Source: Glaucostegus cemiculus
Taxonomy: Eukaryota
Length of the DNA: 64,000 nucleotides
NCBI GenBank assembly: GCA_976551045.1
Contig: CDPCPM010000005.1
Coordinates: forward strand, 20,398,001-20,462,000
Reading direction: 5' to 3'
Shown: piece by piece, positions 49,801 through 64,000 of the stretch
Numbering within the stretch: the first letter of the stretch is position 1
Layout of the letters: every line of letters begins with the position of its first letter
Position numbers and translations under genes: made by a program
The notes under the pieces: generated by a model
The model's input: only the letters and a program-made list of their open reading frames with translations
The model's database searches: none
What the model was told of the DNA's origin: nothing

Positions 49801-52800
49801 AATGATTTAACAAAATTACTTTTTGATATAAAGCTGTAAATTAACCTACTCCTCTTGGGTTAAAATATAGCTACAAAATCTTGTACAATCATAGTTCATT
49901 AAAGAGCTAACTTTTATTCATAATGAAACATAAGTATTGAAAGTGGAATCTACCATTGTGATGTCACTCAATATAACCTTATCCACTGTACACCATCACA
50001 ATGACACCATCTGGCGTCTTTCTAGGATGGGTGACTGCAGAGGCAATGACAGAAAATGCTATATTTAGTAGTCACCAAGTTTAACAACATGTCTGCCTGT
50101 GTTTGTGTCAGCTTATTTTCCGCCACTTATACCTCCCTCAAAGTAAACTTAATAAAGCTAACCCTTCCTGCTTAGTTTATTTTCCAGAAAATTAACTCTA
50201 AGCAAATTAATGATTTAATCAAATTGTATCAAATTAAAAATTGTAAATTATATTTCAAAAACCTGAAAAAATTGACCATTTACAAAGAACAAATATCCCT
50301 TTCAAATACTAAAGAATGACCATGAAGTGCTTCTGATGATAATGAAAGCTGTCTAGCCCTCCTGCTTATCAAGGATTCACCAAAGAAAAAGTACACATTG
50401 TTAACATTAAATCCCTATAGGGGACCTGAAATAGCTTTCACTTAGCATTCCATTTTAATTGCTAGGCTGAAATAATTCCAATCTGTTTTTTTGGCGTGCC
50501 ACTAATTAAAACTGCAAGATTACACAGAGAAAAATAAATACATCATCTCTGCTTGAAAATGAAAGTTTTCTTGAATGACAAATATTTTTAATCAGAGCCA
50601 TATGCACAGGAGCTTGGAGGGCGAGCTTAATCTCAAAACCACTCCAGCAGCATAAAACAATTCAGTGGGTTATAATTAATGTCACAGTCATAACAGCAAG
50701 CTCAAGCCACTGTTTTTCTTTCTACTTAAGGAGAAATAACTAGCTGTTATCTCTGTGCCTGCAGAGCCTCCCTATTGTAGATTCAATAATACAAGAGGTT
50801 TCTTATCACCATTCGAGGTGAATGATTGTAACTGTGATATGTTTAGACAATGTGTTGTATTTAACCCAATTTACAGGTGCCCCAGCTTGGCCACAGCAGT
50901 AAACACTGGGGACTAATAGGGAATTAAACATGTACAATAGACTAACTCCATTTACTCTCAAAACTGAAATGCATTTAGTAAACTCACTTAAAGAGACAGT
51001 AGCCTCCTTCAGGGCATGTGCTGTCATTTGTTATTTTCATCATGGGGGAGGGGGAAATCTGCTTTTGGTTGAATTTATCTTATCTGGTATGGTGACCAAG
51101 TTTGCAAGTGCAGTACTCCCAAGTGCCACAGTTTATTTTATTCTTCAAATCTGCCAATTCAAACTGCTGTCTCTTTAATACACAAGAGCTGTTTATTCTA
51201 ATAGTCCAATAAAATAATCTGTGCAATTCACTTACATCTCACCATTTTCAGGAGATTCCATGCAATTGCCACAACCTATGCCAGACATGACGTCCATCAT
51301 TTTGTCAAGAAACAACAATAACATTAACATTGTGAGAATCCCAATGGTTTGGCCACTAGATTTGACTTCTTTGGGATTTAAATAAAGATTATACAGGCCT
51401 TCAGAAAAATGCATTTTCTAACACAGCAATATGACTGAAAAAAACTATACTGCCAGAGGAATCAAAGGAGACGATTTATGATTTCATTCCGATTGACGGC
51501 CGATTAAATTAAAACAGATCAGTGTTGCAATTCTTGGGCAGGTGGCTCTAGCCCGGTGACAGCCTCAGAACTATTAAATTGGTGCTGAGATGGAAAGCCT
51601 TCCGCTTGCATTCACGCACTTACTGATCAAACTGTGACAAATGAGATGTTACTGCTCTTGTAAAGCAAGGCTACAATCTGTCAAACCTGAACATAATTTG
51701 TGACCCTCAGTGACATCTTTTTTTTCTTCTTAGTTTGAATATGGGAACAGTTGCAGAATTCCCCAATACCGCATGTTTTGAATGCAGAATACTAAACTGG
51801 CGCAAAATGCTAATGTGAGCTCAAAACTATTTAACAATGTTGATAATTTGATCAAGTTCAGTGAAGTGGCATTCAATAAATTATTATCTATCAGTATAGC
51901 AGTCATCTTGCTGAAATTTCTAATCACCAGTAATTCTAGTGGGAGGGTCTCTATTTTCATTAACAGCTGTCATCTTGCTACATTCTGAAATAGATTTAAA
52001 GCACTTTAACCTTATTAAAGGCAGTTTTTCTTTCCTTAACTTTTCCTTTTCAGTTTTTCCTTGTGGGATTTTGATTTTGGTAATTCTGACAATTTTACCC
52101 AGGTAATACACATGCAGATACAAAAGGAATAGAAATGCTGGGATTTAAATTCTAGTAGTTGGATTTATCATGCCAGATAAAATAACTGTACAGGGAAAAC
52201 GGTTCTTTCCAGGTGCAGCTCACATTTTATGTAAAATGTATAATATAACATGCATAGAAAGACTAGTAGGATACCGCATCCATATTTGGCAAATGGTGCT
52301 GTAATGTGCACTAATCCAGTCTATCACGATGAACTTTTGAGCCAGCTTTGAAATGCCCAGACATCAGGAGCTGTCATCAGTCTTTGTTCTCCCCCTTAAT
52401 GCAATAGGGGCTCTGGTCAATGCACTGAGAAAAGACCTGCACCCTGCTAACCTTGCCTATTAAAGGCAGGGTCTTAACAGCTGTCTAGAGTGCTAAGAGG
52501 TCACAAACACAGTTTGCTATGCCAACAACTACCACTCATCCCTGGTGAGTATGCCACGAGACTTACGGTCAGGCTGATGTCAAGAGTGCATTGCAGGCAT
52601 TTGCAGTTGTTAATACTTTAAGAGGAAAGGAAGACTTGTTGTGCTAACAAGCTATTGTATTAAGTAATAAAGTATAGCTTTTTTTCTTGCAGCCTATTTA
52701 ACTAAATTGCAGTCATCAATATCGTATTAACTCATGACCCATTTGTCTGCTTTTCTGCTTTCTCAATGTTACACCTAGTAATCCCAACTACTTAAAAGGT

Positions 52801-55800
52801 TATTTGAGAAATTTTGTGGAGTATTTTACAGCTGATTCTGAGTAAAACAGGCATGTAATAACAAACAACAAAAGGAAAGTTCGTTTCTATACAACTCTCA
52901 GAAAAAAGAGTATTATCTTTGCTTACATGGTAGTAGGTGAAGGGAAATATTGTGGCATTTAAAAGAAAATGTTTCCTGCATTGAAAAGTTGTCATTAGTG
53001 CATTGCAAGCCAAAGGAGTTACTGCTGCCTGATTTTTTTTCCCCCCCAGAGGTAATTGGAGTATTGGTTTCAAACCGTCATACATTGGGTTTAACCAGAG
53101 CCCTTGTTAAGACTACAATTCAGAGATCACCACATTCCATTTGTGACTTGTGACAACATTTTGACACTAGGAATGCAGAACTGGAGGTCTTAGCCATAGC
53201 TGTCACTTGCTTGTATATGATTAATCTTATCTCCGCACTTTAGCAACTCCCAAATATAGCTCAAATTAGACATTTAAACAGCTTGCGGGCTTAGGTGAAT
53301 ATTTTAGGCAGTGATATGGCTGCTTCACTTTCACAAACCAGTTAAGACTCTGAGTGCCTTCATAAGACGGTGCAAGTACTCAACATGTTTGTGTGTACAG
53401 AATGTACTGTTGAAGGCCAAAGAATATAAACATACATCTGGCTTTGAAATTATAAGATTTCTGATATCCTGCAGTTCAGTTAACGATAGGACACTTAGAA
53501 TATTTTTATTTTTGAATATTTCCTAAGTTATAGAGTTAAAATCATCATTCATTATAAACATTGTGTCATATTTAAAACAGTAATTAACATATCATATAAT
53601 AAAGACCAATTATGGCTATTTGACCCATACTATTAGTTTTAATAACGTTGATAATTTAAGTTCAAATAGATTCATTAATTTAACATTCTCAGTTTCTTTA
53701 ACTGAACTTGATATGAACTGAATGGTAAAACATTTAGCTAATATGGATCTAAATCTTAAAATCATTTGAAGATTGGCTCAGATGCTTCTGAGTTTATTCT
53801 GAAATGTCAAAATAATTACAAGAGTTGCTGTTGTTTAAAATAGTAAAAATGCTAGAGAAATAATCCATCATTAAAATAAAGAGCAGAATGTTCATTTATA
53901 TATCCAAACTCAGAATCAAATGGATTTATAAAATAGTGTCTAATATATTGCTTTGGCTACTTAAAAGTAAGATGAAATCATTATTCATAAAGTTTTCATC
54001 TTTCACTAAACATAATGCTTTGTCTCTTTGGAAATTATCAATATAAAACCAACAGATTATGTATGAATGAATGAAGTCTACACCAGTTGCAAAAATATCA
54101 TAGTCACTTGCCTTAAAAATGAAAATATTGATATTAACAGGAGGGAAAATCTCTTAAGATTAACAGGGAATCAATACAAATGCAATTCTGAGCTTTTATT
54201 TGCAATGCTGTTCTGCTTCTGTTTGTCATGGGTTCATGAACCAGAAGCGACAATCTACATAAATGTAAGTAAACAGGATGAATCGGAGAACCTTCTGTCC
54301 ATCTGTCACCAAGATACATTCAGAATCTAATTGACTTTTATAATCTGGTAAATGGATAGTGACTACAACAATTACAAAATTTGGTTCAAAATGTGAAAGC
54401 TGCAATATTTGCTCCTTCTCTCTCACCCTTTCCTTTCGAATTTAAAAATGAAACTATTAAAGTGGTTGACTTACAAAAAAAAATGCTTGTAGCCATGGGA
54501 GAAAGCATTGATGCTATCCCAATCCAAATTTTCTCATTGGACTACACTATTTGTGAATTAATAACGAGTATTCCAAAACCTTGTTTTTTAAATAACTGTA
54601 AATTTGGGCTGAATAAATTGCTTATTCTGCAAAAGATTAGTTGAGGAAATTTAAGAACTTTAAAGTAATGGATCTATTTCAATAAAATGAGGCATTCAAA
54701 GAAATGAGGAAATGGATTTCAACCCTGCACAAGTTCAAAAGACAAATGTTCTAAGGATATAATCAACTTACTTCACATTTGACATGAAATATAAAAATAT
54801 CTTTAGGCAGGGAAATAGCATGAGGGGATTAATTTTCCATTTCTGCATTCAAATGAGGATACTGTTTTGGAAGGCAGCCAGTCAGAAGCAGGTTTGTTTT
54901 TTATCTTTTGAAAAAAAAACTACTTGTGGAGAGCATAGTACAGCTGGAAATGTCTTGTGTCCCTTGCTAGTTCCTCCCTTGAGACCCTCCAAAGGGTATG
55001 AAAATATTCACCAACACTTACCCCTTAATTGTATTCAAGCTCCCAGAAGGCAACACTTGACAAAAATCACCATTAGCTCCTGACAGTACAACATGTTCAG
55101 GAAATGCTTACCTGATCAATAGAAAATCTATGGGGACTTACTTTACAACTTTGGAATGGTATAAAAAATTCTTCCTTTTGTCCGATATGATAAAGTATGT
55201 GGTAGAATTTGTTGTTTTATTTCCCTTTTGTTTTTTTTTGTCTGCCAGAAAAGGCCAGCAGCATATTACAGAAGGCTTCTGACAAATTAATAAGTAAATG
55301 TCAATGAAAGAGAAGTGAAAAATGCTCTTATTAAAAACATTTATATCTTGATTCTGGAGTTCTATAAAGCCAATCGTCTTTCCAGAATCATAATGAGGAC
55401 AAAACAAATATATTAACTTTAAAGAGACAAAGTGATGCATTAGACTGGATTTCAGCCCAGAGGCAAAACCGGCGTCAGGTGGGGATGTTGTGAGGAGATG
55501 AAACCTGTAAAAATTGTTTCTGCAAAATTTCCTGCAAAATTATACTAGAGACCTCCCCTAAGAGAAATTCCCAGCATAAGCAGTTTGAGTGACAGGGTGG
55601 AGGCCATTCGAGCAGGAAGCCTACTTTCGAAAGTCATTGCCAATGACAGGAGATTGGTGTATCGGGGACAGAGAGACACTGTGGTGGGGGAGTTTGTTCC
55701 AATCACTTGATAAGTCCAGATCATAAGGAGAATTTAGATCATGGTGAAAGATGGGAATAGAACAATAGCTAGAGGAATCACATAGTGGTTAGCAGGTAGT

Positions 55801-57053
55801 TAGGAATGATGGTTAGCATCTCTATTGCTGGCATTTGGGAGCTGGCCGGAGCTGGGGCTAAATGGTAGCTATGGGGTGGCGGATTGCTGTGTCGGAGAAG
55901 TGGTTCATGAGACAACTTGTTCAGCTCATTGGAAATACACTGCTCCTTCTGGCCGTCACTAAAATCACTTCTCTCATGGATTGTGACCATCACCCATTTT
56001 CAATCATCAGATTTTCAGATTTTTAGTGCTGATGTGGCTTCAATACAGCCATTTTCAGGAATTCAATCCCATTATGTTTGCGTGAATGGCATTGTTAAAC
56101 TTTATAGAAAAAAATAATTTTAAAAGGTTAAGTAAAGTTGACCAGAAATATTAAGCTGTTACTCCTCACTCAGTTTATAATTGCAATACCTTGATTTGCA
56201 AATTTTACTTAGCAGATTGGTCTAATCAGAATCCATTCATGGCTGATGCTTTATCAAATTAAAGTAAGGTTTTTGAGGCTGTGCTTCATTGAAATTTCTA
56301 AAGTATAGATTGAAATGCCATTTTAGTGAAATAGAGATTGTGGATGTTTGGTAATACAGTCTAAATGAAAAATGTAATCAAATATAAAGGTTTAGCTTAT
56401 ACTAAGTTGAATCAAAAATTGCATTCAATCTTTAAAATATGTTATCTAAATGACACCAGCTGCATTTTCAAATAAATCTCACAACTGCTCTGTTTCAACA
56501 ATGCATGTGACAGCAGCATAAAAAAAAGTCCAACACCCAAACTGGTCACAACAACCCTGATTTTACTCAGGATTGATCAAATGCAAGTTGACCACTATAC
56601 CCTACTGACTCTGGTAGCTTTAACTGGGGAACTTTATTTCCAAGATACCATCAACATCTAAAAGCAATGAAAAGTGGGTTTTGCGAAGGTCCTCCAGGAG
56701 AGACAAAAGAAAGCCTAGGCACACGAAGCCTTGATGGCACCCTCTGTTCCCGGATCAACAGAGAAAGTTAACAGAAAATATACCTATTTGGGCACTGCAT
56801 CATCTCCCCACTTGGCAGGAAACTCACAGCAGTTCTCCAACTCTGACCAGAGTTAAAATTTAGTCCAGGCCCAATGACAATTGAAGTTTGATTTGGATTT
56901 TAATTGAAAGTCCCACCAGCTGGTCAGGAAGCAGACTTTGCTGTCTGATCAACAGTGCAGGGTGAAACTGGGGAATGGGATAAGGGAAGTAACTAAGACA
57001 CCTGACTAGTTCTAACTGTCCACTTCCTAGATGTCCGCTGAACAAGCAGAATG

Positions 57054-57082
57054 AAAATGACCACTAACAAAATGACCACTAA
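57054..57082. repeat. Tandem duplication of AAAATGACCACTAA (period 15)
   Basis: Copies start at 57054 and 57069. Confidence 0.85.
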
Positions 57083-60000
57083 ATTGTGTGTGAATTCTCT
57101 TAAAATGTAATGCACTGGACAACTACAAGGGCAGACAGTAATATTAACATGCCTTGATTAATATAGTCTGGAATTGCAACAGTGCATTTATAGGCAATTA
57201 TTAGTTTGTAAATTAGTATATATTGCCTCAATTAGCTTCAGTAATCATAATACTGTACCTAACTGAAGGTTTTACTGCAAACCAGGAGGCAATATTGTTA
57301 AAATTCTTAAGAAGAAACCTTTTATGTTAGTCATTATCTATCTTCATGTTCTGCAGCTTTACATGAATTTAGGCATTGCATATTACAAAAACCAAGAGCT
57401 AGTGACAGGACGATGATTTATGTCTCGAGCCAGGAAGATTTGGAGGGCCCATAGAGGGTAAAGTGCAATAGGGGGAGGCTAGACAGCTGCTCTCAGTGGG
57501 CTTGCTTTGGCAGCCAGGCTGTAGTTACCTCTTGTGAAACCTGTACCTGCAGACGAGCTGATCCACAACCACTCTCCACTAGCAGATGGGGCGAGGAAGA
57601 AACAGTAGATGAATATTAAAGGAACACAACAGTTCTTCGATCAAGCAACAGATTTGAACACTGGCAAATGAACTAACAGCCACTGCAAAAGCACGTGCTG
57701 GCATCAACATGACAAGATAGCACAGATTCTCTTCCTTGTTGCAGTGAAATAAAACCATAATCTGAAAGCAGTTCATAAAAAAATATAAAGGAGGAGTACC
57801 CATGCAGTATGATTGCTCCCAAAGGCATGCTTCTTCCCTGAGGGCAAACCAAACTTCGAATAACTTCATGTTCTACATCCAAATTTGTGCTTCATTAGGC
57901 TACAGAGTTTTCAAGGTTTCCATTGTGGACACCCTAATTGCCTATTTGAAGCAGTAATTCCAGTGTGAGGAAGGACCCCAGTATCAAATTCAGCCACATC
58001 ACAACAAATGGGAGTGCCATATTGATATATGTGTATATGGGTGGCTGGGAGTAGAACAAAAGGCTGCTATTTGTCTGAAGGCTCATGGGGAAAGATGCCA
58101 TATCAAAACCAGCACAACATCCGTCAGGCCTGTCTCCAACTTCCCTTATCAATTACTGAGCTGTCATCTAAACTCTTGCACATAAGCAAATGTTAAAACA
58201 TTTAAAACAAGCCTGCATAATGTGCTTCGCCTGTAACGGCAGAGATCTATCTTGGCAGATGTGAAGTAGTTACCAAAGGAGTTCCACCCTTCAATACTGC
58301 AAGAACAGAAGCAACTGATTCCATTACTGGGTTTTATTTTATGTAAAAGGAAAGGGATATGCAATATTGTGTATTGAACACACTACATCAGAAATTTTGT
58401 GTGTCTAAAGAGAATGCCACAGGGGTTATTCTACACTTGCTGATACAATACTGGCACCATATGTGTATAGTGCATGTGCAAAACACCCAATTATGATGCT
58501 TGATTACTTTTTTTTTAAATTCGGGGATGGAAAAGGAGATGGGGGAGGTTGGTGGGCTAGGGCTGTCTTGTAAAGTTTTATGAGTGCAAGTCCTGCTTTT
58601 AATAACATATTTTCTATTAATTGGAAATAAGCTCATGTGAGTCAGAAAATTGTTTTAAATTGTGCTTTAAGATGTGCTTTTAATTTTCCACACTTATTTG
58701 CTTTAAAGTAAAATTCTCAGTACTTAGTTTTGGAATTAGCTTTATGCATGATCATAATTTTGAGACTGAAGTAGCACCAGCTGTGCTTTAGGTAGCAATA
58801 CAGAGAGAGCCTTGATGCAGAGATCAGTGTAACAATGACATTACAATGACAGCATTCCTTTAGCTGTGTCAGCATATCACAACATTTTTGTTTTGCAAAT
58901 TCTTGACATTAAACATTTCAAGATACATTAATAAATTGAATTATGTTGTAAAATGACCCATCTTCTCAGTTCAATGTGGTATCTGAAGTGGATTAGCTCA
59001 ATTTCTTATTTATTTATTCTGTGAAAGATGGCCACATTTGTAAAGGTAGGTCATGTGCATTTGATTTGTGGTGGTTTTAAAATGCAGTCTAGTAGAAGGT
59101 GATAAAGGGGATTCTCTCTCTTTCAAGAGCCATTACTATTAACATTTAATTACAAAGTACCATGAGTGCTCCTCTTGAAGAGGTCAGGCTTCCTACTCCC
59201 ACACAAAATGTAGAAATCCTTCCAACTTCCACACACTATTTATTTCAACATTCTTTGTTTTTAAATCAGAATTGTGTCCCCCCAATAATCTCTACTTTTG
59301 CTTGCTTTTTGACTACCCAGGACCATATATTCTGAGATAACTAGAAAACTGGGGTAGTCAATGGTTGTGACAAACACAGTTTTGAGAACAAGTAATAAAG
59401 AAGTGTGATTAACCACAGAGAATCAGTTCTCTTATCCCCCACAACATCTTCTCACCCCCACGAACTCAAGATTGAATCTTTCATTTTCATGTCATCTTCT
59501 ACTTGGTGACTCTGATGAAATTACATGCTTGTTGAAACAGAACTTTAGAATATGAACTCTTGCAATCAGAAGACTAATGTTTTACTTGAAGCTTCTTTAT
59601 TCCCTTAGTTTCAAAACTTAAATATGTGTGTGGGAAAAACCTCAAATACTTGGCTTTCATAAATCCAGTTGTTGAAATAATAACAAAAGTTTGATGAAAT
59701 TGCTGACCACTGTGGACAACAACCATAATTATTTATACCTCTAAATTTTACGAACAGCACATCACTTGCAGGAGGAATAAGTCAGAAAACACCACTGAAT
59801 GTCATGAAATAAGCTTGTTAAGACTTATAAAATCAGCTAGGTACATACCAAAGTGCAATAAATATAAAACAGCTGCATGTTTATTTAACCTATCTATGCA
59901 GATTTGTCAATGCCACGTAAAATATTGACATTAATATTATGTGTGCTTATGTCATTTCAGACACATAAAAATGATTACATGGATCACACTGTAATGTGAG

Positions 60001-60124
60001 TGTATTCATTTACATTATATTTTGCAATGTATTTTGAAAGGCAAATCTATTAAGGTTTTTTTCTTACCTTTATAGTGATATGAAATGTGATGCCTGCAAT
60101 GGGAAAAACTTAATGAAATAGTCA

Positions 60125-60301
<177 letters not shown>

Positions 60302-62389
60302 TCATGGAAAAATTCTGATCAAGCATTTCACTTTAGAAAGATATAACTAGATATCTGATGATTTCTTAAATCAGTTCCACCTCTTTCTCCCTCTCCTTGC
60401 TCTCCTCCATACCCTCCTCCCCAGGCTGTCTCTAGTCCTCTGTGGTTAAATACATTAGTGTCTTAATGAAAATGCATTTTGTTTATTGTCCTCTGGAGAG
60501 GAGGGTCATCGCACAGAGTGCATAAATTGCTAGTGCAGACAAGGCAGGTTGGCAGTGAGTGTAATTGTAACCTTGATACTTCATGTTAGCAGCACTCAGG
60601 GTCCATCACATTCCCCTAGAAACATATGCAACTCCCTGTAATTAGCACCGCATCCACCTGGGACAGCAGCTCTGATGAAATATTTCAGAGTTAATCACAC
60701 TTTGTAAACACTGATTTATATTGACTACCCTTCTCTGAGCCGACGCTTCCTCATTAAATAACAGATTAGTGGAACACTAAGAGACTAAATACTAAAAACT
60801 CCTCACTCAATGCAAAACCTTGTATAAAACAACTGGTCTGGGAAAGAAATCTATTTGCACACATATTCTTTTCAGACAATTGCTTAATAGAAATTATAAT
60901 TTAGCTTGTATTCAAGATGACATACATCACACAATCTCTACTTTTGGAAAGAAAAATTGATTATTGAAATTCCTAATTATGTTTGCGTATATGAAAAGGA
61001 ATAACTTTCTGATCATGTCTTTATATATATTAGAACGGAGACCGATAACTTTGGAATCAGAAACTTGAACATATGGCCTAGAAATTTAATTTTTGTTTAG
61101 AATAAAATGCTCTCTTGGTCTTGTCTATATTTGCTTAATTGAAGATATTAAAAATTTTAAAAAAACTACTGGGGTGCATTTATGGAAACATTTATTGCCA
61201 TATGCAATCTGTAACTTGCTGTAAAAGTGTCTTCACAGCCACATAAATGAAAACAGCAATTGGTTACCATAATATAGCATATGGGGCAATGATCGTGCAT
61301 CTATCAGGCCAGTGCCATTAAGCACGGCAGCCATTGACGCTGAATGAAGCAGGAACTGCTGAGCAACAAACAGAGTCAGTGACCAAAAACTGAATCCATT
61401 ATAACCTAATTACCTATAGAAGCTCTTAGAAATTAAATGGTAGCAGTAATGTAATAGACTCAGATACGGCAGGAGAGTGGAGCTTTGATGCAATGGCTAT
61501 ATTGTACATTATATCACCATATATACTTCAAGTTTTCAGTGGAGCTCTCAATGTTGTGCAAGAATGGAAAACTCCCATTTTCTTAGACGTAACTCATGAT
61601 TTCAGATAAGAAATCATACCCTAATTTAAAAAAGAATTATGATTTAATTTTGAATGAACTAACATTTTATAGACAATGCGAGCTGAACATAAGCCATTCA
61701 AAGCCAAGCTCCTATTGGAGCTATCATATTTTTTACCCTTCAATCTTTTTATTGCATCATAATTTATCTGAATGCTTTGTACAGTTGTTACATATACTGA
61801 TATAAATGAACTAGATCACTGTTGTTAATGGAGGCATTTACTTCCGGGAAAAATGCTTGAGAAATATTTTGTCAAAAATTATTTTCAAGTTTCAATCTCT
61901 CATCCCTTTCATTAATTACTATATGCATCATTAACATTATTAATGCCATTCACATAAACTATTCATTTCATTTTAGATATTTAAAAAATCTCCAAGTTCC
62001 ATGACAAAATGAAGGTATTTAATTTTAATTTAGAACATTATTCACCTTAAATTAGTGAATATATATGAAAAAGTGAAAATCTGAGCATGTAAATAAAAGT
62101 GAATAATGTATGTTCTTTAAAGCTAAAGACACTTGGCTAAATTTTAGTTATACCCTGAAGAACTATACTTATTGGGCAAACAATAGTAAAAGAGCTGTGC
62201 TAATGGAGGAGCACCAATAAATATCTTTAAAGATATCCCATTTTTTTCAGAAATATACAAGGTATTGTCTGTACAAAACAACTTATAGAACATCCAAGTA
62301 ATTTGTCATTCTGAATGAATATAATTGCTAACAATCAGATTATTCCTGCTAAGGACAGTGGAAAAGACTAAAAGGAGTTAACGGCACAG

Positions 62390-62720
62390 TAGGGTAGCAC
62401 AGTACCACAGCAGTTTGCACTATTGTCTCACAGCTCCATAGACCCGGGTTTGATCCTGACCTTAGGTGATATCTGTATGGAGTTTGCATGTTCTCCCTGT
62501 GCCTGTGCAGGTTTTCTCCTAATGCTCCAATTTCCTCCCACATCCCAAAGATGTGCAGGTTAAGTTAATTTGCAACTGTAAGTTGCCTGTTGTGTGGATG
62601 GAAGATCGGAAAACCAGCGAGTTGTTAAGGCTAGTATGAGAGAATAGGTACAGGAAGTGGGGGAATAGGATTGATGGGATTTCTCTGAGAATCCGTATAG
62701 ATTCAATGGACCAGGAATCC
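62390..62720 (+). mobile_element. V-SINE (HE1-like), near full length
   Basis: tRNA-like head (ggtagcacagt...cagctccatagacccgggtttgatcctgacc). V-domain tggagtttgcatgttctccctgtg...tgctccaatttcctcccacatcccaaagatgtgcaggt. LINE-like tail tgggatttctctgagaatccgtatagattcaatggacc. Confidence 0.9.
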
Positions 62721-63030
62721 AGTGTTTGAAATTATCTGGCAGAAACAACTGCTGACCTCTTTACATTATCTGGGGAAAGTTCTTAAAGCCAAATTTGATT
62801 TTTACAAAAAAGCTTTTCTTCAGATAACTTACTAGCTCAAATGTTATTTTGTCAGCTGATAACCACATCTAATTTAGCTTTATCAATTAAACAAGCAGAA
62901 GCTTACTGATGCAAAGTTATCCCACTTGCATTAACACTAAGAGTACACAAAAGTGGCTCTGTCTAACATATGTTTTGCTTTTATTACAAAAACTGTAAGA
63001 ATATTTGATGAAATATGAAAGAGGTGTTAC

Positions 63031-63443
63031 CTTGTATAGTGCGCTTGAAGAACGCTTTGCATGCCTCACATGAAGCAACACCGTAATGATATCCTGACGC
63101 TATGTCACCGCAGACCAAACATAATCTTTTGGGCATGGAGTTCAACATGTACTCGCACTTGGTCTGCGAGTCTTCGGCTATAGTGCTCGAACAGTCGTCG
63201 TATCGTTTACGGGAGCTGCCGTTGGTACCCAGGGTAGTCGTCGTGTAGAGTGGGGGAGAGTCCAGGCCATTCTGGTGTCCATTCATAGTGGAGCTGTAGC
63301 TCCCACTGGCGTCCGACGAGCCACCTGGACTGTGGTGATTGATACTATCTGTCAGCGAGGCAGGGCTGGATGGCTCTGTCTTAATGTATGATGAGCAGCT
63401 CGAATCAATGTGTCGATCCTTGGCTGACATTCTGCAGAGAAGC
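63031..63443 (-). CDS. ESRRG: ESRRG coding exon equivalent to mammalian exon 2: A/B domain and first zinc finger (ATG of the short isoform at 63428-63430)
   Basis: Translates (LLCR)[26 protein letters not shown]...[31 protein letters not shown], with the ERR-type P-box EACKA. Acceptor ttcacag|GCTTCTC, donor CAAG|gtaaca; 413 nt. Confidence 0.98.
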
Positions 63444-64000
63444 CTGTGAAAAGCATTGAATTAAAAACAACATTCTTTAGGGCCTTTCTGATAGGCAAGG
63501 GACCAAGCATCATTCATTCGTTAGTCAATACAAGTTGTTCTACACGAGCATAATCAGCATAAGGGCATGACAGAGGTTTATCAAAACTGGAGACAGGTAG
63601 TAAACAAAACATAAAGCAGGGGAGGGGTTGTGCAGAGGAGGGGCGGAAAGGAAAGAGACAATACACAAAACTATTCCCTCCAACAGCATTTCTACTACTC
63701 AAATTCTATCCCGGGAACAAGTTCTAACATTCACTACAGAACAGTTAATAAAAAGATAGGTTATCTGCATATAATCTTTCCTGGGTTATGGCAAAAAGAT
63801 TGACAAGATCTTAAAAATACTCATACACTGGGCAAAATCAGCACAGAAAGATTTGAAGCAATGACTGCAGTTAACACATTGGGATTTAAATGTGGGTTGT
63901 CTCAATATGCTAATAGAAAACTTGTAACAAAAAAGTACAAAGGCAAAAATCCCCAAAGATTGATTTAATAATTTTTCAATTGACACAAATTAACCCCCAT

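Noticed and set aside
62390-62465. tRNA gene
   Set aside because: The A/B-box-like sequence is the head of a V-SINE; there is no complete cloverleaf.

Overview
This is AT-rich vertebrate genomic DNA, most likely from a cartilaginous fish, judging by the HE1/V-SINE-type, CR1, Penelope and Harbinger repeats. The window holds the 3' ~62 kb of one minus-strand gene, ESRRG (estrogen-related receptor gamma, NR3B3). Six coding exons have clean GT-AG boundaries (63031-63443, 60157-60273, 32926-33036, 30369-30530, 7211-7480, 4553-4797). They splice to a 434-aa ORF from the ATG at 63430. A ~2.8 kb 3'UTR ends at an ATTAAA signal (1796-1801). The promoter and first exon(s) lie outside the window. The introns contain decayed LINE/SINE/Penelope/Harbinger fragments, microsatellites, one 132-nt assembly gap and several motif-dense blocks that look like conserved enhancers. 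I found no convincing new multi-gene system. The best leads are three: the exon-3 start regenerates a 5' splice site after splicing (possible recursive splicing), the ligand pocket is an ERRbeta/ERRgamma hybrid (Ile313 + Asn346), and there are two intron-containing Harbinger Myb-gene fossils. Repeat boundaries are approximate and family names were recognised by eye, not by database search.
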